A stretch of DNA of 64,000 nt from positions 23,560,001 through 23,624,000 of the forward strand of contig NC_134480.1 of assembly GCF_964194025.1 (NCBI RefSeq), read 5' to 3'. Under the pieces are notes generated by a model. That model saw only the letters and a list, made by a program, of their open reading frames with translations, searched no databases and was not told the origin of the DNA. Shown here in pieces: positions 22,934 through 36,300 of this stretch (positions are counted from its first letter, which is position 1; the number at the start of each line of letters is the position of its first letter). The stretch is from Convolutriloba macropyga. Its lineage: Eukaryota. The position numbers were made by a program, and so were the translations under genes.

Positions 22934-25900
22934 ATGCCCCTGAGTTCAGAAGGCGTTTATATTCTCCTAGGAGTGTGTTTTGGCATTTTCCTTTTCCTGT
23001 GTGCAATATCCATAGCCAAAGCCGTTGTGTAAGTACCCAGCTGTTAAATAATCAACCTAAGAAGATATTTGATCTATTAATTGCTCTCGAAGAAAGTTTG
23101 AAGCAATCAATTTAAACGTGTCGTGCAAATTTTTGCTTGACCATCTTTGCGCTTTTCTAGAACATTCTTGACCTCTTGAGACCTTTTCTTGGCTGATTTC
23201 ATCTTTCTAAGTTTCTCTCCTGAAATGAAGTTTGCTAATATAAAAGCGATTGTGAGCGGAAGAGAAACAAAGCCATTGTAGCTTAGTGGTTAAGATATCG
23301 CACGAAGTTCAAAGCAATTATTGTAAACACGTCTTTTGTGTGCAAAATTCGACCGCTTTGACTTTTCGAGTGAAATTCAGCCCTTGCAGTTCTACGTGAT
23401 ATAAATTTATCATTGACGATTATTTGGGCAACTGAATTCAATTGTTGATAGTAGTCAAATGAAAAGTGCGACGAAATTGTCGTTTTTCACTTTAAATCTT
23501 AATAGTGGTTTGTAACCTGTAATGACCTAATGGTGTTACTTGAAGCACAGCACTAAAAATTTTTGCCCACCCCCCGACAAACAGGCGGCAATAGATTAGA
23601 GCTCGCACTAGTCGTGTTCGTTCGGGGGACATTCTCCGATGTTAGTCGTTGTTGTTGACTTATTGAAGCCCCTGTTGTGGCGTATTTCTGTTTATTAGCA
23701 GCAACATGATAGCGGGAGGATATTATTTTTGAAGAGTTACTGTAATGAATTCAGAAACAAGATAAAAATGGTTATTAATCCGAACGATTAAATTTTTGAT
23801 GGCCTTGGTGTTTTCGGATTTGTTTGTTCTGTTCGTGCTTATTGATTTTCACTGGGTTGGTAACGCCATATCATATTAGAGATATCAGCAATTAATGTTC
23901 TAATATTTTCATAGAAAATGTAAGGATCTGTATTTTTGAGTCTCACGAAAGCCCACGGAACGCAAATTTCCAATGTGAAAAGAATTTAGGCACCCCATGA
24001 ACTCCCACCGCAACCACTATTAGTAAAAAAATTGCTCTCTGGAGACAAATCGAGGCTTCCTCAAAAGATTTAATTTTTAGTCTCATTTTTGTCTCTCCTT
24101 CTCGCTTGTGAAAAAAAACAAGATAGCAGAAGCTGAATAAAAAACATTTTATGAATAATAATGATCTTTGGAGCAACTACTTTTGTTGAAAGGAAACATG
24201 AAATCGCAATATATTCTGTTGCGCCGTTTTTCCCTATTTATTTTTGGTTCGGGTGTGGCTCTCAAAGTCCTGTTGCTCTGGTTTTTCTCCAGTGGAGTTG
24301 AAGGTGCGTAGCAGGGTGTTGGCGCGTAGGAGGCATGGTCAAATTTCGACTTTTATGTTTACATTTTGATTAAAAGTCAATTTTGAGTGCTGGTTTTGAT
24401 CAAACAAAACTGGAAATGTAGAGAAAGAAAAAGTGTTGATGACAAGTGTTGTGATGGCTTTCTGTTGAAATAACACTCTCCAATTTTGTTGTTAATTTTC
24501 GAGTGTTGTTGATTAATTTGTGTTCTCATCGATTTTCTCTGTCCATTCCTCGTTGTTCCAATTTCGGGCCTTTTATTCGGCCAAACAAGGTTCTCTGAAC
24601 TGTAGTTTAGGTCTTCTGTTATGTTTGTTTTTTTAACTACCGTTCATTTCATGTTTCTTGTCAAGACTTACTTTCATGACTTCTGACCTCTAAGATTTTG
24701 AATTTCAAATTTCATTGTGAATTTTTTTGTAATTTAACGAATACGTACTTGACATTTAACCAGGTTTAGGTTCAGGTGCAGTATTGTTGTTGAGCAGTTT
24801 GCATGAGCTGTTTATATTTATTAAAGTCAAATTTTAACGATTAAATAATAAAATTGTGTGATTTTTAAGGAAGAGAATGAAAGTGTTCTCCGTTTAGGGA
24901 GCAGTAGAAATTAATTGTTTAACCTGTTAAATGCCATTATATTTAAAGCCTATAAAATAAAGATTGTTAATTTGTACGCTTTAAAAACTTCTCAATGATC
25001 AAGTATTAGGTAGGGCTCTCAAGTGATATCGTTTGAGTTCTGTAGTGTTTGATTTTCGGCGCTGGTGATGTTGTTTTGAATTCAATAGCACCACTTTGTT
25101 TTAGAATTTTGCCCGTTTTGGGTGTTTTGGTATTCCTGTTGGCTCTTAGTTTTATCCATTGACCATCAGAGATCAATGTACTTTTTACTTTACAGGTCCT
25201 ATTTTTTGTGGTGTTTTACTGTTTTGAATATAGCAAAATAAAATGTATTTGTCACAAGAACAAAATTAGTTTTTTTTGCATCTCACATTTCTCACAAAAG
25301 CTTTGTCTTTGTTTTGCTCCGGGAAGATGTTAATTTCTTACATGGTTGTTTTTTGGTTTTAGTTTGTATTGAAGTTCAGAAATTTTGTAATTTCAATAAT
25401 TAATTTGGTTAGTTTGGCAATTAATTTGGCAATCTTCATCAAAGGTTCGATTTCTATCTTCCTAATCCGCTTCTAGAAAATATTTTTTCAGTTTGCTTTT
25501 TGATCATTTTTTAAAACTTATATTCAATGGATATTGATGGTACGTTGTTTGGTTGGCTGTCAGAGACGAAAAATCTTTTTTTTTTCATTTCGTCAGTTTT
25601 ATTTATCGGGTACTTGTAGATTGTGATAGCCAATTTTATTTTAGCATCAAGAACGAAAGTTTCGTTTCTACCAAAAGTAAGAATTTGTTTGTCTCATTGT
25701 CCGTCTTTTTCAAGAACCGTATAAAAAAATCAAGGATTCTCATTCTGTTTGGAAATAAATAGAGAATGAAAATTAAAAAAACTTTCAAATGTATGTTGAA
25801 AATAATTTATATTTTCGAGAAATATGGTTAAATATCAGTTTTCGGTTTGTTTAAATCTATTTACTAGTATTGTGTACTAAATGTTTTCAACTCGAAGCAA

Positions 25901-28900
25901 AATCTAGTTATAAATCGCAAACAGAAAAAATTTCGGATTTTCGTTTGTCAGAATACTTGCCAAACGAGAGTTTAAAAACTGGAAAACCAAGCGGAAAACA
26001 AAGCAGAACGTAGATGAAAATAAATAAAAGTCCAGAAGCTGTCAATGCCCCCCTGAACTTTTGCTATGTCAGTTTTATGTATCTATTTTGTTCAATGATG
26101 CTCACACAACCAACGGTTTATATATACATGTTTTTCCTCAAAAATTTTCAAAAATAAACTCTTCGAGAAAGAGAAATGGGGGTTTACCGTATTGGTGTAG
26201 AAAATAAAAGGAAAAATATTTTTTTTTCAGTCTTTCACATAACGCGTGATATCTTCACTGAATATTACTCCAAAGCACTTCTCAAGGCCCTCAGAGCTCG
26301 TCAAAGCAATATAAAAAGGAAAAATTTAAAACATTGAAGTTTTCGTAACTTTTTCCAACAAAACAATTCAAAAGAGACATTTTAATTGATTGTGCAGATA
26401 ATTAAGCTTAGAGGGCAATTTACCGTTTCCAATAATATCTAGTCTACAGAAAATATTATGCACACTGCATCGAAATTGGTCGTCTGTGTTTCCGAGGTCA
26501 CAAAAATTGTAATAATTTTCGAGTTTTCAGAATTATCAACATTTCAATGAGTTAGTTACTCAGTTAAATTGGCGTTTAACATTTGATTTTTTTTCATCAT
26601 CTATAAGATTGTAGTTGTTTGAGGTACGACTAATTTTATGCGGATCCTCATGATGTGAGAATTTGAAAATGGAAACTCTGCGGCTAATCTCTGTTTTCTG
26701 TTGCTTTTTCTAATAAATAAACATTTCTCTGATTCTTCCTAATCATCTGTGTTTCTCACTATTGGTTTTTGCCGATACCGAGGTGAAAATTGATAAATAT
26801 TGGCAAGTTTTGAAGCTTTTGACGATTATTTGTTGGGTTTTTTTTAAAAAAATTAAACTGATCCATACAAGACGCGTTACTAATGCAAATAGTTGGGCTG
26901 TTAACAAAAATTATAGTTTCCGATCCCTTTGTTAGTGGTAAAGTGCCTCAAAACACAAAAAAACATATCGCGGACAAACCTTCTTTGTCCCATTTTGGGT
27001 TTTCGAGGTTTTTTTTCACTTCTCAGTATGACTTTCTTTAAGAGTAAATTCTCAGGGACAATCAAACTAATTTATATAGTCTAATATCACGATTTAATAT
27101 AATAATAATCTATAATTTTAACCAAGAAGTGTCTTTGATTTTTAATTTTTTTTAGCTAAGTGGGCTTTTTGTAAGTTACCTACAACCTAGCTTAAGAAGA
27201 AAGAGCGTGTACCAGTTGTAAGCAATAATTATCGGCGTATATACCAGTTGTAAGCAGTAATTAAAAGTTGTACTCAATAAAATTCTGACTTTATGCTGCT
27301 CAGACTTATCTTCGGTGCATGAGTCATTATCAGATTATACAGGATAAATTTAGCATGAGCGAGCAATGACCTCAATATAATCATTATGGAGAAAAATTGA
27401 ACATAAAAGAACTTAAAAAATTTTGGAGATGAAATGTTTCAGAACTGAATTAACTTTTTACTCTTGAAATGTGCTGGTTCAGCGCTGAAATGCTCTGAGA
27501 CTCAAGTCCGGGTGTTTTTTCGGGATTTACTTAAAGCAAAAAGAAGAAAAATGTTTTCGCGTATTGCTGTGAAATGTTTTTATGACTTGTCTCAACATGA
27601 TGTATAGAGACCTATCATGGAGATATTTTGTGTTCATATGATTTTATTCGTGGTCAGAATTTTTGCATTTGTTTGTTAATTTACTTTTTTCTTTTTATTC
27701 ATATATTGCTCGGATTGAGCTCCGAAAAGGTTCCGTTAACATTGGCCGAAAATAATTTGATTTTCTAATGCATACCCCTAGCAGTTCAATATTTTATCTT
27801 AAATCATTTTCTGGAGGTGAATTAATATTTTGCTTTAATTTTAAACGCTTGCAAATATTATCAGCCAAATATTTCCCATAACCGGACAAAGAAGAGTAGT
27901 TTTTTTCTTACTATCTTTGAGGATTAAAATTTAACTAGAGAGGACCATATTATGTCAGAACGATAGTATGTAGCATTTCTGTTCTGTTGATGTTTTTTTG
28001 AACTGGCTGTTCAGAGATCGCCGCAAGATCAAAAAGAGATTGAAAGAGAAAGAGAACGGTGAATGTAATGGCAATGGAAAAGATGGTAGGAATGAACAGG
28101 GAACAGAGCAGGAACACAGACCAGAAACTGGAACCACAGAGGGGGTACCTACGCCCCATGAAGGTGCACAAAGTAAGTGAAAAACATTACCAACAAAGTC
28201 TCCTGTAAAGCAAAAATTTATGAATGGATGTAAAACATTCAAGACTATATAATTTTATGTCATAGTGGAAATTTGAATCTTTGTCAGTAAAACCATTCAT
28301 GGTGTTGAATTCCGGGTTGATTTTATTTTAAGAACATTATACTAGAAGCGTATTTGAATTCATATAGTCCAAACGTTATTTCATGTCACGATGCTAAAAT
28401 GAAACCAGAGAAATCATACGAGACCCTTGTATGAAATCGGAGTTTTCCTCTACGACCTCCCTCTGCATGCGGTCACAGAAATGATACAACTATTCGAAAA
28501 CGTTATCACTCACGCTCAAGTAAAGTATATGGACCTTCAATGGGATCATAAGTTATACCGTGAACAAAATTTTCATCGTGGGACAATCTATTCTGTTTTT
28601 GTTTTGAAAGTGGATTGCTATGCATATAAGGAGGTTGCATTGTTCATTGCCAATATTTATACCATCAGAAAGGTAAATATGTGAACTGTAAATGTGTGGA
28701 ATATTCATATGTATTTCAATACCAAAATCTTCCATTTTCGAACACAGTCCATTCGTTCGAATCTTTGAAACAGCATCAAAAAGCTGCTATCGGTTTCCAG
28801 TTAAGTTTGAATGGATAGGATAACTATTTCGTCAACAACTTTGGTACTGCCTGTGAGAAAAAAAAGTTTTGAGTTTTTGGTTGCACAATTTGGGTCGGTG

Positions 28901-29213
28901 GATCGGCTTATAACCCCAGTGTGCAACCCGAAGAGTCCCATCAGAGCTCATTCCGTCTGGGACCTCACTAGGGAGAATATTTTATTTTCTAGAAACTTCC
29001 ACACCTTCGCCCACAACCTCCCAACAACCCTCCACGTCATCTTCTGCCACAAACAACAATACAAACAACACCCACAGTAAACAACCACCCCAGAAACAGG
29101 TTTCAAGCCCCAAAACGAAGCTGATTCAGGTCCAAGAGCAGCAAGGTTCCGGAGACACGGGAAAGAGGAAAAACAACAAACAGTCTTCTGATGCTCATGA
29201 ACACGAACAATAA
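22934..29213 (+). CDS. Orphan single-pass membrane protein, 157 aa (exons 22934-23028, 28015-28172, 28993-29213); 5' end may extend upstream
   Basis: MPLSSEGVYILLGVCFGIFLFLCAISIAKAVV|DRRKIKKRLKEKE...HEGAQ|KTSTPSPTTSQQ...HEHEQ*. Two gtaagt donors and ttcag/ttctag acceptors; phases 2 and 1 match; total 474 nt; a hydrophobic segment is followed by a basic cluster. Confidence 0.7.
23078..23657 (+). mobile_element. Degenerate HINE family 3 copy
   Basis: 5' hairpin ATTGCTCTCGAA-GAAAG-TTTGAAGCAAT matches the family-3 3' subTIR (TTTGAGAGCAATT); 3' end ccgatgttagtcgttgttgtt. Confidence 0.4.
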
Positions 29214-29487
29214 AAGTAGAATATAAAGATGTAGGAACTCGATCCCCGCACCCCCATTTTGTGAAAGAAATGTCTCTTTCTAGTAGCATGTGGTGTTGGG
29301 GGAGGGGGGGGGGGGGGAAACAGTTCACGATGAATCCTAAGCTAGCTGTTGAACAATACAAAACTTAAAATTTCTTAAACAAAAATTTCTAGCCACATAT
29401 TCTGAAACCTGTTACTTTTTTGGTTATGGCACTGCCCTTTTTACATACTTAAGAAGGTCTATGCAAGAAAGTTGTATAAGAAAGGTT

Positions 29488-29665
29488 GGATCTATTCTGT
29501 TTCGGCCCCCAGCTTACTGGGCATATAACGCCCCCCCCCCCCCCCCCCAGCGCACACGCTATTTTTTTTACATATTAACATGCTAAGTAACGATATATAA
29601 ATTGTAATTGGGGGCATAGAAACACGGGGGGGGGGGGGGGGGGTGGGTTGAAGCAGAGTAGATCT
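29488..29665. mobile_element. MITE with GGATCTATTCTG-type TIRs, same family as 59297-59585
   Basis: GGATCTATTCTGTTT...AAGCAGAGTAGATCT; internal cccccagctta and ttttttacat match the reverse complement of 59497-59585. Confidence 0.55.
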
Positions 29666-30199
29666 GAAAGATCTCATGAGATATGTATTGTTCAATGACT
29701 TGCGTTGCGTTGGATCGCTAGGATCTAAAATCATTGATTCCAACTCTGAGATAACTGTCATGGTAGCAAAATGATGGATTAATAGTGGGGTCAATGTAAG
29801 CAAATTCAGAATTCCCATTTGTTTCATTTCTTTGTACTTCTGTTGTGGTTCATTGTTTTAGATGAAGAAACTTTTACATTGCATTCCTTAAGTGAAATTC
29901 TATTTACGATGTGGTTGTTAACGTTGATTAATATCAAGGATTTATGTTTCAGTTAACTGTTGTAGATTAGTGCAACCCAAAGAAATCAATTATTATTTTT
30001 TGTGTATTCAAATTTTGAGTAAAGTTCTTTTGCAAAGAAATTGAACAAATACTGTTATTCAAACCAAATGTATTTTTATGGTGGACGATTATGGGATGAT
30101 TATTGGACATACTTGTATCTTTCTAATCATATTACACCACAAAATTATTGCCACCATTATAACATTAATTAAATTCGGGAAACGCTCCAAAGAAATTGT

Positions 30200-33100
30200 A
30201 ACAGTATTTGTTCCGTAATTTTACGATCTACGACCTTTACCGAAACTCAACTTTCAAAGGAAAGGGCTGTGACTTACCGACCAATTAAAAGAATTAACTT
30301 TGAGTAAGTGCGGTCTACTTTGATAAAAATACAAAAATCGAGACCGGCTGGTAAAGTTTTTCTTATATAAAGATTATAAAGATAGCAAACTGCTGGAACG
30401 ATCGCGTTTTTTTTTTATGTCGAACAAGTTGAAAGGGAAAAATATGTTTTTCAAAAAATTTTCATGCAAAAAAGAATGCTTAAAAGAAAAAACATGTGCT
30501 TGATTGTCGATACAAAATTTCGGATAACCTTAAAATTATTCGATTAGAAATAAAAATTAGAGAACGAAAGCTTTATTATAAACAATAAGACACTGATTTG
30601 GCGCCGGGGATAGATCCTGTCTGCGCAACACTGCGGAGTCATCAAGTTAGACAATCTTGAGCAGAACCTTGAGTGATGTGATACGAATTGCAGCACTTAA
30701 TTGTAGATCACTTCCGACGATACAGAGACGAATGAAATTAGATATTGTGCTAAGGAAAGGTGACCCAGACATCATTAGTTCAACTGAAACCTGGTTTGTT
30801 TCGAATGTCAGCGACTGCGAGAGTTTTCTAAACAGCAGCTACCAATTGCAGGGAAGGACTGATAGACAAATTGGCACTCATTGTGGTGTTTTGATTGCTC
30901 ATAAATCTAACCTTGTACTTGAGGAAGTAAAAACAATCGATATTACCGAGAATTTTTTTTCATACGTTCATGTTTTCAGAGATATCTTGGTAACATTGAT
31001 TACATTATATAATCCTCCAATGAATAGTAGCTGCAGAACTGAATGTAGAAAAACTTTGTGATACAATTGGCTCTCTGTTTTTGAGAATTGACCAACGTGA
31101 CAAAAACAGGAAAAGAGAACTGTCTGATTGTAAATGGTGACATTAATTTCTGCAACAAAAGTTGGCGTCATCTGACCAGTAGTAACGTCAGTGAGAAGCT
31201 ATTACTCCACAAGTTTTCTCAGTTGAATTTACTGTCACTCCTGAAAACAAGCTCATCGCCCGATATCTTTCTTTAAATTTTCTTGAGTATATGCTTGGAA
31301 TTTTCGGAAGAAGAAAATTCTCTGATGATTAACTCCTCCATGCGGAAATTATGGTTACGTTGAAGTTGAACGAAGCCTTATCTGCTCTTAGAAGGTTAAG
31401 TCTAAAAAGTGCTAATCTTAATGAGTTGTAGGAAATTTTTTCCTATTCGTTGAATGTAAATGCAAGTAACGGAAACCTACTACAATAGTTTTTTAAACCC
31501 CAATTAAGGCTGCAATAATTTGAAAACTCGTCGTAGAACGTTTGCACCACTTTACATGTCTTCTCAGTCCATCCAATAAAAAAACAAACTTTTGTCCGCC
31601 CAGCGCTGAAGAAATGCATCTTCAGTTAGCATTTTAGCAAATCAAATAAATGGTATTCTTGAGATAGATAGACAAATTTCGTCTAGGGATAAAAAAACTG
31701 GTGTGCAAAAGAAGCTTACAAAGCACTTAGAAGTATCTCAAAGGTAGGCTGGATCCCAGCAAAGATGATGTATTATGGAAAACAAGTCACTGGTCTTCAA
31801 AATAGATGTGAAGCTTTCAACAAATCATTTCGCGTCCGTTTTCGGTTGTAAAGAATTAGTACTGGGAATAGCAAAGACTTCGAATAATTTAATTTGTATG
31901 AATAATATCTCTTTTTCTAAAAAAAGTCTTGGAGGAAATCTCTAAAATCAACTCGGGTTCAAATTCCTTCAACGAGATTTCACTAGGTGTCCTCAAAAAA
32001 GCTGCACCATTCTTGATAAACCATAATTTTTTTATATTCAGTTGTTCGATTTCCATATGCCACTTCCCAGACATATGGAAAAGTTCATGCGAGACCTCAT
32101 TTGAAGGGTGGTAGCCAATTTGAAATCAAAAACCACCGACCCATTGCGATTCTTACGTCCTCGTCATTAGTCTTTGAAAAACTGGTGTACAAACCTTTTA
32201 AACAATTGATTCAAAGCCAACTCTTCAACAAACAGCATGGTTTTCTCGTTGTTCGATCAACCTTAACTCAACTTCCTGTTCATTGCGAGAATTGTATTCT
32301 GAGCTTGAGGTCAAAAACAAACAAAAAAGTGTTTTCCTTGATATAGCCAAAGCGTTCGACACAATAAACTTAAGAATTATTATCCACAAACTATGGCAGT
32401 TTGGTTTTGACGAAAAGTTCTTGCTCTTCAAATTTTATCTTGTAGGCAGACAACAACGGGTAGTTAATTCAAAATTTACGCCAAATTTTGTGAACGTAAC
32501 CAGTGGAGGGCCTCAAAAATCAATTTTTGCAGTCTTTCTGTTATCGGCTTTAACAAATACTTTACCAGAAGTCTTTTGAATTGAATGGAAGTTTTTTTTT
32601 GTTTCAGGAGGACACAAGATTGGTTGAACTAATTTTACAAACTGATATTGATAGTGCTATCACGTAGAGTGAAAAAATTCTTGAATTTTAATTTCACGAA
32701 GTTCAATTTAATGATGTTTTCTCTCCAATTCGCGCTGATCAAGAATTGTCTTTTCAAGCAAGAAAATATCAGATTGAAGGGGTCAAACTGATAAGTGATC
32801 TTGGCGTAAGTTTCTACCAAAAACTTTTTTGGGACTTTCACCTTCTTGACATTTTTGTGAAGAAAGGCCTCCAGAAGCTCAGTATTTTCATTTCTCTTCT
32901 ATGGATCGAATATTTGGTTCCCCCGTAAAGTTAGCCTACAGCGTTTCGAAAAAATTCAAAGAAGATGTGTTAAGTGGATCTGTGTAAAATAGAATCTCTC
33001 CGATTCAGACTATGTCTTAAGTCTAATTATTCAAGGTCTTTTACTAATTGAGTAGAAGCTTGTCTTCTCAGATCTACTCTTGAACAAAATACTTTGGAGA

Positions 33101-33300
33101 CAAAATTCTGAATCCACTTGATTTCTGGGAGCTCAAATTACACGACTGCATTACAAGATCCAGTGGCAAAGTCTTGTTTTATGCTAGAGAGATGAGACAG
33201 AAGTGGTGCGAAGAATTTTTGTTCGTATAGCTAAGTAGAACGATGCGCTTTAATGCACCTACAAATTTTCCCGGTATACGCCTCTGATGAATCGTTAAAT
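30200..33300 (+). mobile_element. Decayed non-LTR retrotransposon (CR1/L2-like): ORF1 remnant, APE endonuclease and reverse transcriptase
   Basis: APE: IAALNCRSL, PDIISSTETWF, RTDR..CGVLI, YNPP, VNGDIN. RT: NHRPIAILT..FEKLV, QHGF..RSTLTQL, VFLDIAKAFDTI, YLVGRQQRV, VTSGGPQKS, DLGV. Many frameshifts; limits approximate. Confidence 0.88.
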
Positions 33301-36300
33301 ATTCCAAAGAGAAATAACAAAATTCATTGATAAAATCCCATATAATCACATAAAATCACAAAAACAAATTCATAAATCACATATCAGCAGCCCATTTTTT
33401 TAAATCAACGCATACGGTGAGCCTTGCATTCAATTTATCTTCTTTCACTCACTTTGGTCAGCTAAGAACAAAAACTCGTAACTGGAGTAATAAATTTAAG
33501 TTGAGCGGGTTTTTCTGGGTTGCTATAACAACTGAAATATCACGCGTTAACTTGTAAGGTTTCAAGGATAAACAAATTCTTAAACTCTCTCAGGTCAATT
33601 TTTTGGTAAAGTTATGCGGACAAATGTGAGGTCGAAAAGATGATCGCTTTCAATCAATTACCTCTATTCAAGCATCTCTTGAAATTAACACGATAGCAGA
33701 GCGGCGTATTGAAAAAAAGGAGTCTACCTGAGATAGTCGACTGAAAGCGTGGTATTTCGTTTGAGCGTTTCAGGAACTGTTTCTGAGAGTCTTTAAAAAC
33801 GTCAAAACCCAAGGAGAGAATTTGATTCGAACTTGACTCTATTTATTGGGCGTATTGATCGTCCTTTCCTCGAAAGCTCTCAGGGCAATGCCAGACATCT
33901 TCATTACATTCGAAATCAAACTGAGTTGCAGAGATTAAATGACGGTGATATCCGAAACTGCTGGCCTGCTCGGCTTCAAAGTTGGCAAACAAATCACGAT
34001 GCCTTTGATAATTGTCCAGAAAAAACCTTTTGCTCGCATATTGGGAGCGACTAGCTGTAGAACATGCTTCGCTTATCCGCTCTCTTATTCGAGCTTGTGC
34101 AGACAGGTAGATGCCTATAAGGGGAGAGGAGGTAGGAGGGGCTATAACGGGAAGGGCAGCAAAATGAAATTTAAAAGAAAACTCCGCTCAATCGTGGCTT
34201 CCGAACCTGATGAGACCTAACTCGATTGACAACTGGAAGAGTGGAAGATGGCAAATGTTTCGAATGGAGCTGTCATTTTAAAAAAAATTGGACTTCTTTT
34301 AACCCAATTGCAGGCACGTCTGTTTTCAATTGAGAGTGCAACTAAATAAAGATTTTTTAAATATTTAGTAGAGACAAAATGAGCAAATCTTGTGTTCTCA
34401 GGGTAAAGGTCATGGTTTTTATGGCTCCGACAAAGTGTTTTTTGTTAATTTTTATTGAATTCTTCAGTTTGCAAGTGTCACTTTATATAACTAAGTTTCA
34501 TTAAAAAGTTCAAATTCGTTGTCTAAAACGGTAATATTTGAATTATCCAAAATTTTTCGTTGACAACTACAGCTCGTTAATATCTTTGAACAACTTTCTT
34601 TTAAATATCCGACTTTCTGACCTTTGCCACCTTGTTAACCTTATTTCTGTGAACTTATTTCTGTGACATCATCTCTTTAATGGCTGGTCCTTTTTATCTC
34701 TAGCAAGGCAAAAACTGACATTATAGAGGTTTTGTTTCATTTAAAGGCTCATTTAACTTTTAATATATTTTCGTTTCGAAAAATATATAGTTTTTGACTT
34801 TTGCCAACTTCATTTGCCCGCTTCGTTGTTTTCCTCAGTTTTAGCTATGTCATGTTGACAACAGGTCCCATTTTGAGCTGCTAGGGGTTTGTTTTATACT
34901 TTCATTAAGTGTTTTATGGCTTTGATACTATGAGTTTCCGCAAAAAAGTAACAATTTTAATTTATTTGACTTTTTTGTGTTTCCTTTTCGGGCACTTGTC
35001 ACAATATAAAAAAACTACAGATCTTATGGTTGTTCAAAAGAGCCTCAGATATAATTATACAACGTTATTATTGGATACTTTACGGTTTTAGTGGCCTCGA
35101 CATTTCTCTACCAGAGTTTTTCTGTTTTCAAATTTTGCCTGTAAATGATGTTCTCTTCGTGGTCGCATTACGTATTCTGCGTAATTAATTACAGGTATTA
35201 TTGATTTCTTATGGCGGCATAGGTGAACTTATTTTACTTTTTCATTTGACAGTTGGTGGTTTTAATGACCGATTTTTGTTTTGAAAACATTATATTTGTT
35301 TTTCTGTCAACTTAAAACTTCGTCTCGAATCATGACAGGTGCCACGCATTTTCTTCTCAAAGTGACACGGATCTCTAATGGTTTTGGATTTAAACTGTAT
35401 TTCAAGCAGTTACAATTGAATTTATCTAGTTCTGTTTATTCATTGGAAAAATTGATGTTTGTTGTGGCTACTGAATTTGAATGTGGTCCAAAAATACTTG
35501 TATTTTTGAGTTTTTCAGTTTTTGTTCTTTTATTCGACTGTACCATCTTTATAAAATTTGTACAGAATTAAAGTTTTTTATTTTTTTTGTTTTGCCTTTT
35601 AGGCTCCCTAGTGGTAAGTGTCAACTTCCCTTTAATTTGGCCTGAATAGTTTCATTTTGAAATTTGATTTTATGGCGATTTTCATTCAAACACCAATTTT
35701 TTTTGAACAGTGTGACATTTTTTGAATGTTTCCTATCTCTTCCTCATTTGATAGACAATTATGTCAAAACCGTCTTGAGCGGGCAGGGAATTTTATTTGG
35801 CAGTTTTTTTCGCTATTTTATATCAACTTTAATCATTTTGAATAGATAGTCAACTTTTTTCCACATATTGCAGAAAAATGTCTTTCGATTTCTCATTAAT
35901 TTCACTGTTTAAAGTTAAGTAGATCTCAATTTGTACACTGCTTATTTTTTAAATTACCTTGGCAAAAAATTAAATAGCGAAAGATAACTGTTTTGTCGAA
36001 AATTAAACGCTTTTCTTGTTCTTGTCCAGTCTAAATACAACAGTAGAATATGAAAAACATTGTGGAACAAATGAGTTCAAGTAAGAAAATTATGCGAAAG
36101 TTATAAGAAAAAAACGAAATCTGTATAATTTCAAAAAGTTATCCAAATGTTAATTTTTATTTTTCCCCATTTCGATAAATTTAGATTTGACACATGAAAA
36201 CAGGACAAAACAATTGCCAATCAACTCTCAGCTTTGTACTCTATTTGTTCTTCTAGCAAAAAGACTTTCAAAAATACATCACAAACAACAAGATCAAGAC

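Noticed and set aside
23272-23316. tRNA-like start GCCATTGTAGCTTAGTGGTTAAG with a GTTCAAAGC B-box-like motif
   Set aside because: A-to-B box spacing is too short and no cloverleaf forms; at most a SINE/tRNA fragment.
27170-27341. Possible solo LTR (TGTAA...ATACA, AATAAA, internal 31-bp duplication)
   Set aside because: No target-site duplication and no second copy in the window to confirm it.
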